DNA from: a bacterium
GTDB taxonomy: Bacteria > Zhuqueibacterota > Zhuqueibacteria > Residuimicrobiales > Krinioviventaceae
Assembly (NCBI GenBank): GCA_963693055.1
Contig: OY843751.1
Span: forward strand, 1,536,001-1,600,000
Direction of reading: 5' to 3'
DNA: 64,000 nucleotides
The position numbers were made by a program, and so were the translations under genes. Each line of letters begins with the position of its first letter. The first letter of the stretch is position 1. The notes beneath the pieces are model-generated. The model made no database searches. It was not told the origin of the DNA and saw only the letters and a list, made by a program, of their open reading frames with translations. Of this stretch, positions 61,082 to 64,000 are shown piece after piece.

Positions 61082-61540
61082 ATTTCTCACAGAGGCACAA
61101 AGGCACCAAGATTATAAATATCCATTGATTACTCTTGTGATGCCATGTTTCATGAGTTCCTCTCCAAAATTTAAAACAAATCCCAATTTAAAATTTAATA
61201 GTTTTAAATATGTTAATAATTGTTTTTTATGTACAGCTTTTAATGCTTCTATTGATTTTATTTCAATTATAACGCAGTTGTTAATGATTATATCTGCACG
61301 AAAACCTTGGCTGAATTTTTTACCATTATATTCAATTGGAATTGCTACTTGTCTTTCGACTTTTAAACCCTGATCAATAAGCAATTGAGCAAGGAGTATT
61401 TCATAAACAGATTCAAGTAAGCCTGGTCCCATATCTTTGTGTAATTTAATTGCACAATCAACTATTATAGATCCTATCTGGTTCTCATTCAAAATTTACC
61501 CCCTTGTAATTCTTTGTGGTTTTGTGCCTCCGTGTGAATT
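61082..61540. mobile_element. Inverted-repeat-bounded GxxExxY cassette
   Basis: Arms 61082-61111 and 61511-61540 are reverse complements at 24/30 positions and enclose only the GxxExxY gene. Confidence 0.6.
61112..61492 (-). CDS. GxxExxY protein (PD-(D/E)XK-like)
   Basis: GPGLLESVY; 'FRADII...VIIEIK'; 'QLLTYLK..G..LNFG'. Confidence 0.9.
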   Translation of the reverse strand: MNENQIGSIIVDCAIKLHKDMGPGLLESVYEILLAQLLIDQGLKVERQVAIPIEYNGKKFSQGFRADIIINNCVIIEIKSIEALKAVHKKQLLTYLKLLNFKLGFVLNFGEELMKHGITRVINGYL

Positions 61541-61560
61541 TAAAGGTCTGTATTTCAATC

Positions 61561-62334
61561 CTATTTATTTTTAAAAATTGGTTCGCGTTTTTCCACAAAG
61601 GCGTTGAGGGCCTCGGTTTGGTCTTCCGAGTTCACACAGGCGTACAAGGCAAGACTTTCCTGGGTACAGAGATCATTAATGTCGTACGGATAGCGGTTCA
61701 GCATCCGTTTGGATAACCGGTTACCAATGGGGGATAGTTTTGCAATCTGTTTAGCAGTTTGAATGACATTATCCATGAGTGATTCACCGGTGAAAATGTC
61801 ATGCACCAGTCCCCAATCTTTGGCTGTTGCTGCATCCAGAATTTTTGCAGTAAAGATCATCTCTTTTGTGCGGGCAACGCCAATATAACGAGGTACCCTA
61901 AATGTTCCACCCCAACCAGTTATCATCCCCACGCGGGATTCCGGCAGTCCAAATTTTGCGGTATCTACTGCATAACGCAAATCACATGCAGAAGCAAATT
62001 CGAGTCCGCCACCCATACAGAAACCATTTATTGCTGCAATTACCGGGCAGGGGAATTGTTCTACCTTGCTCATGACCCGATGCCCTGCAAGCGCAAACTG
62101 GCGTCCCGTTTCTGCATCAAACTCTTTTAATTTTTTCAAATCCGCGCCGGCGCAAAAGGCTTTTCCTGTTCCGGTAAAGATAACGGCGCGGGTTTTTTCT
62201 GTATCAAGTTCATCCAGTGCCGCTTCTATTTCATCCAATAGATCAAAGGAGAAAGCATTGAGTACATCGGGACGGTTTATGCGAAAGCTGACTATATATT
62301 CATCAATTTGTTCTTTTAAAAGTTGGTCATTCAT
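61561..62334 (-). CDS. Enoyl-CoA hydratase/crotonase
   Basis: AFCAGAD, GGGLE, FGLPE. Confidence 0.9.
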   Translation of the reverse strand: MNDQLLKEQIDEYIVSFRINRPDVLNAFSFDLLDEIEAALDELDTEKTRAVIFTGTGKAFCAGADLKKLKEFDAETGRQFALAGHRVMSKVEQFPCPVIAAINGFCMGGGLEFASACDLRYAVDTAKFGLPESRVGMITGWGGTFRVPRYIGVARTKEMIFTAKILDAATAKDWGLVHDIFTGESLMDNVIQTAKQIAKLSPIGNRLSKRMLNRYPYDINDLCTQESLALYACVNSEDQTEALNAFVEKREPIFKNK

Positions 62335-62357
62335 TGTTTTGATCCTTTCATTGGATA

Positions 62358-63923
62358 TTAAAAACCTTTGAAAATATCGTGTTTGCTTTCACTCATGCGT
62401 TGGGGATAAAAGATCTCTTTCGGCATGGTTTTTAAAGGACTTGCAATATCGGGAGTAAAGTCCATTTGTGATAGCACATCTTTTTCGAGTTCAATTCCGG
62501 GAGCGATTTCAATGAGCCTGAGACCCGATGCAACCCGCTCGAATACGGCGCGTTCCGTTACATAAAGCACACGTTGATTTTTTTCAAGTGCATACTTGCC
62601 GCTGAAAGTGATTTGCTCCACTTGAGGAATGAATTTTTTGACTTTACCTTCCTGCAGGATATTTAGCTTGCCATCAACAATTTCTACTTTTAATCCACCC
62701 GCGGTAAAGGTTGCACAGAATACAACCTGTTTGGCATTTTGAGAGATATCAATAAATCCGCCGCAGCCGGCAATGTTTTTGCCAAATTTGCTGACATTGA
62801 TGTTGCCATCCTGGTCCGCCTGGGCCATTCCCAGGAAAGTCATATCCAGGCCGCCTCCGTGATAAAAATCAAACAGGGAGGGGGCATCTACAATCATATC
62901 CGGATTATAGCCTGCACCAAAGATAGCACCTTTTGCGGGCACACCACCAACAATTCCCTGTTCTACGCTAAAAGTAATCTTTTGAGACAGACCTTCTTCC
63001 GCAGCAATATTGGCAACTCCATCCGATATTCCAAAACCCAGATTAACAACGGTATTGGGAGCCAGTTCCAATGCGGCACGTCGTGCAACAATTTTACGAA
63101 CATCAAAATTCAGAGGTTTGATGTTGTCCATAGGGATTTTTAATTCACCACTAAAAGAGGGCTCGTATTCGGATTCACAGGTTTGCCATTGTTCGGGAAC
63201 GACTACAATAGCATCTACCATGCAAGCTGGTACTTTGACCATTCGCGGATGCAGTGTGTTGGCCTTGGCTTTACGTTTGACCTGAGCGATGACCAATCCG
63301 CCACTATTATGAGCAGCCTGAGATGCTGCAAGAATGTCAAGATCTACTGCTTCGCGTTCAACAGAGATGTTACCCGCTTCATCAGCACTGGTGCCTCTTA
63401 TGAGTGTTACATTTATCGGAAATGTTGGGAAAAATAGCTGTTCTTTACCTGCTATTGTAATGCGCTGAACGATATCCTCTTTAGATTTTTTATTGAGTTT
63501 ACCGCCTTTTAAATTCGGATCAACAAAGGTATGCATGCCAATGGTAGTCAAAAGTCCTGAACGTTTTGCTGCAATTTCACGTGCCAGTAAAGAGATGACT
63601 CCCTGAGGCAGGTTATACGCTTCTATTTCTTCATCGAGCGCGAGTTTGCCCATTTCAGGTGACCAGCCCCAATGGCCTCCAATTACACGTTTTACCATCC
63701 CCTTGTGCGCAAAATGGGCAACACCCGTCCCATTTCCGCTTCCCACACCAGTAACATGAACAAGTGTGAGATTACAAGGTCCCTTGTTTTCCAGGAAACG
63801 TTTTTCAATACCAATGTAGAGGTGTTCTGCATCTAAAAGTCCACCACCGGACCCACAAAGCAGTACCGTATCATTGTCTTTAATCAAATTCGCAGCCTGG
63901 TCAATTGTGAGGAATTGAGGCAT
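62358..63923 (-). CDS. Acyl-CoA:acetate/propionate CoA-transferase (YdiF/Pct type)
   Basis: GHWG, VNLGFG, VEQG catalytic Glu, GNINVS, GGFIDI, VTERAVF. Confidence 0.9.
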   Translation of the reverse strand: MPQFLTIDQAANLIKDNDTVLLCGSGGGLLDAEHLYIGIEKRFLENKGPCNLTLVHVTGVGSGNGTGVAHFAHKGMVKRVIGGHWGWSPEMGKLALDEEIEAYNLPQGVISLLAREIAAKRSGLLTTIGMHTFVDPNLKGGKLNKKSKEDIVQRITIAGKEQLFFPTFPINVTLIRGTSADEAGNISVEREAVDLDILAASQAAHNSGGLVIAQVKRKAKANTLHPRMVKVPACMVDAIVVVPEQWQTCESEYEPSFSGELKIPMDNIKPLNFDVRKIVARRAALELAPNTVVNLGFGISDGVANIAAEEGLSQKITFSVEQGIVGGVPAKGAIFGAGYNPDMIVDAPSLFDFYHGGGLDMTFLGMAQADQDGNINVSKFGKNIAGCGGFIDISQNAKQVVFCATFTAGGLKVEIVDGKLNILQEGKVKKFIPQVEQITFSGKYALEKNQRVLYVTERAVFERVASGLRLIEIAPGIELEKDVLSQMDFTPDIASPLKTMPKEIFYPQRMSESKHDIFKGF

Positions 63924-64000
63924 TTATACTACTCCTTGTACTGATTATAAAAGACTTTTTGTATATTGGTCACATTTATTTTGTAAATGTAATTTTTTAT

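Overview
Bacterial chromosomal window, probably from an FCB-related lineage such as KSB1 or Calditrichota. This is inferred from 'LEQNYPNPFNP' T9SS-type C-terminal domains combined with canonical SD and sigma70 signals. (1) 1-7244 is the AT-rich end of an integrated island. It is bounded by a 5'-half tRNA-Arg(TCT) fragment that still sits behind a near-consensus promoter. The island carries an apparently deliberately split Rhs toxin locus, a TolB-like candidate immunity gene, a hairpin/MITE-rich spacer and an SPL-like radical SAM gene. (2) 7.4-25 kb holds carbohydrate and sulfate/phosphate-ester utilisation genes plus a Phd-RelE/ParE TA pair. (3) 25.7-35.7 kb is a candidate trans-envelope signalling system. 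A membrane CHASE2-sigma54 activator sits next to a palindromic UAS and a perfect -24/-12 promoter. These precede two OM beta-barrels (one fused to a transglutaminase-like domain), a FecR/TPR protein, a DUF4097 lipoprotein, a TonB-dependent receptor and a DUF4249 lipoprotein. (4) 35.9-56 kb holds a radical SAM/SPASM gene, paralogous secreted 'EFQVNTYT'-repeat proteins with conserved ends and divergent AT-rich cores, mixed REP-like repeats, a short MetH, and an AT-rich phosphorelay cluster bracketed by CTD-coding direct repeats. (5) 56-64 kb holds flavodoxin and metabolic genes, with a GxxExxY gene enclosed in 30-bp inverted repeats. No CRISPR array, rRNA, intact tRNA, transposase or integrase was seen. 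All domain calls are from motif recognition by eye; no database searches were run.
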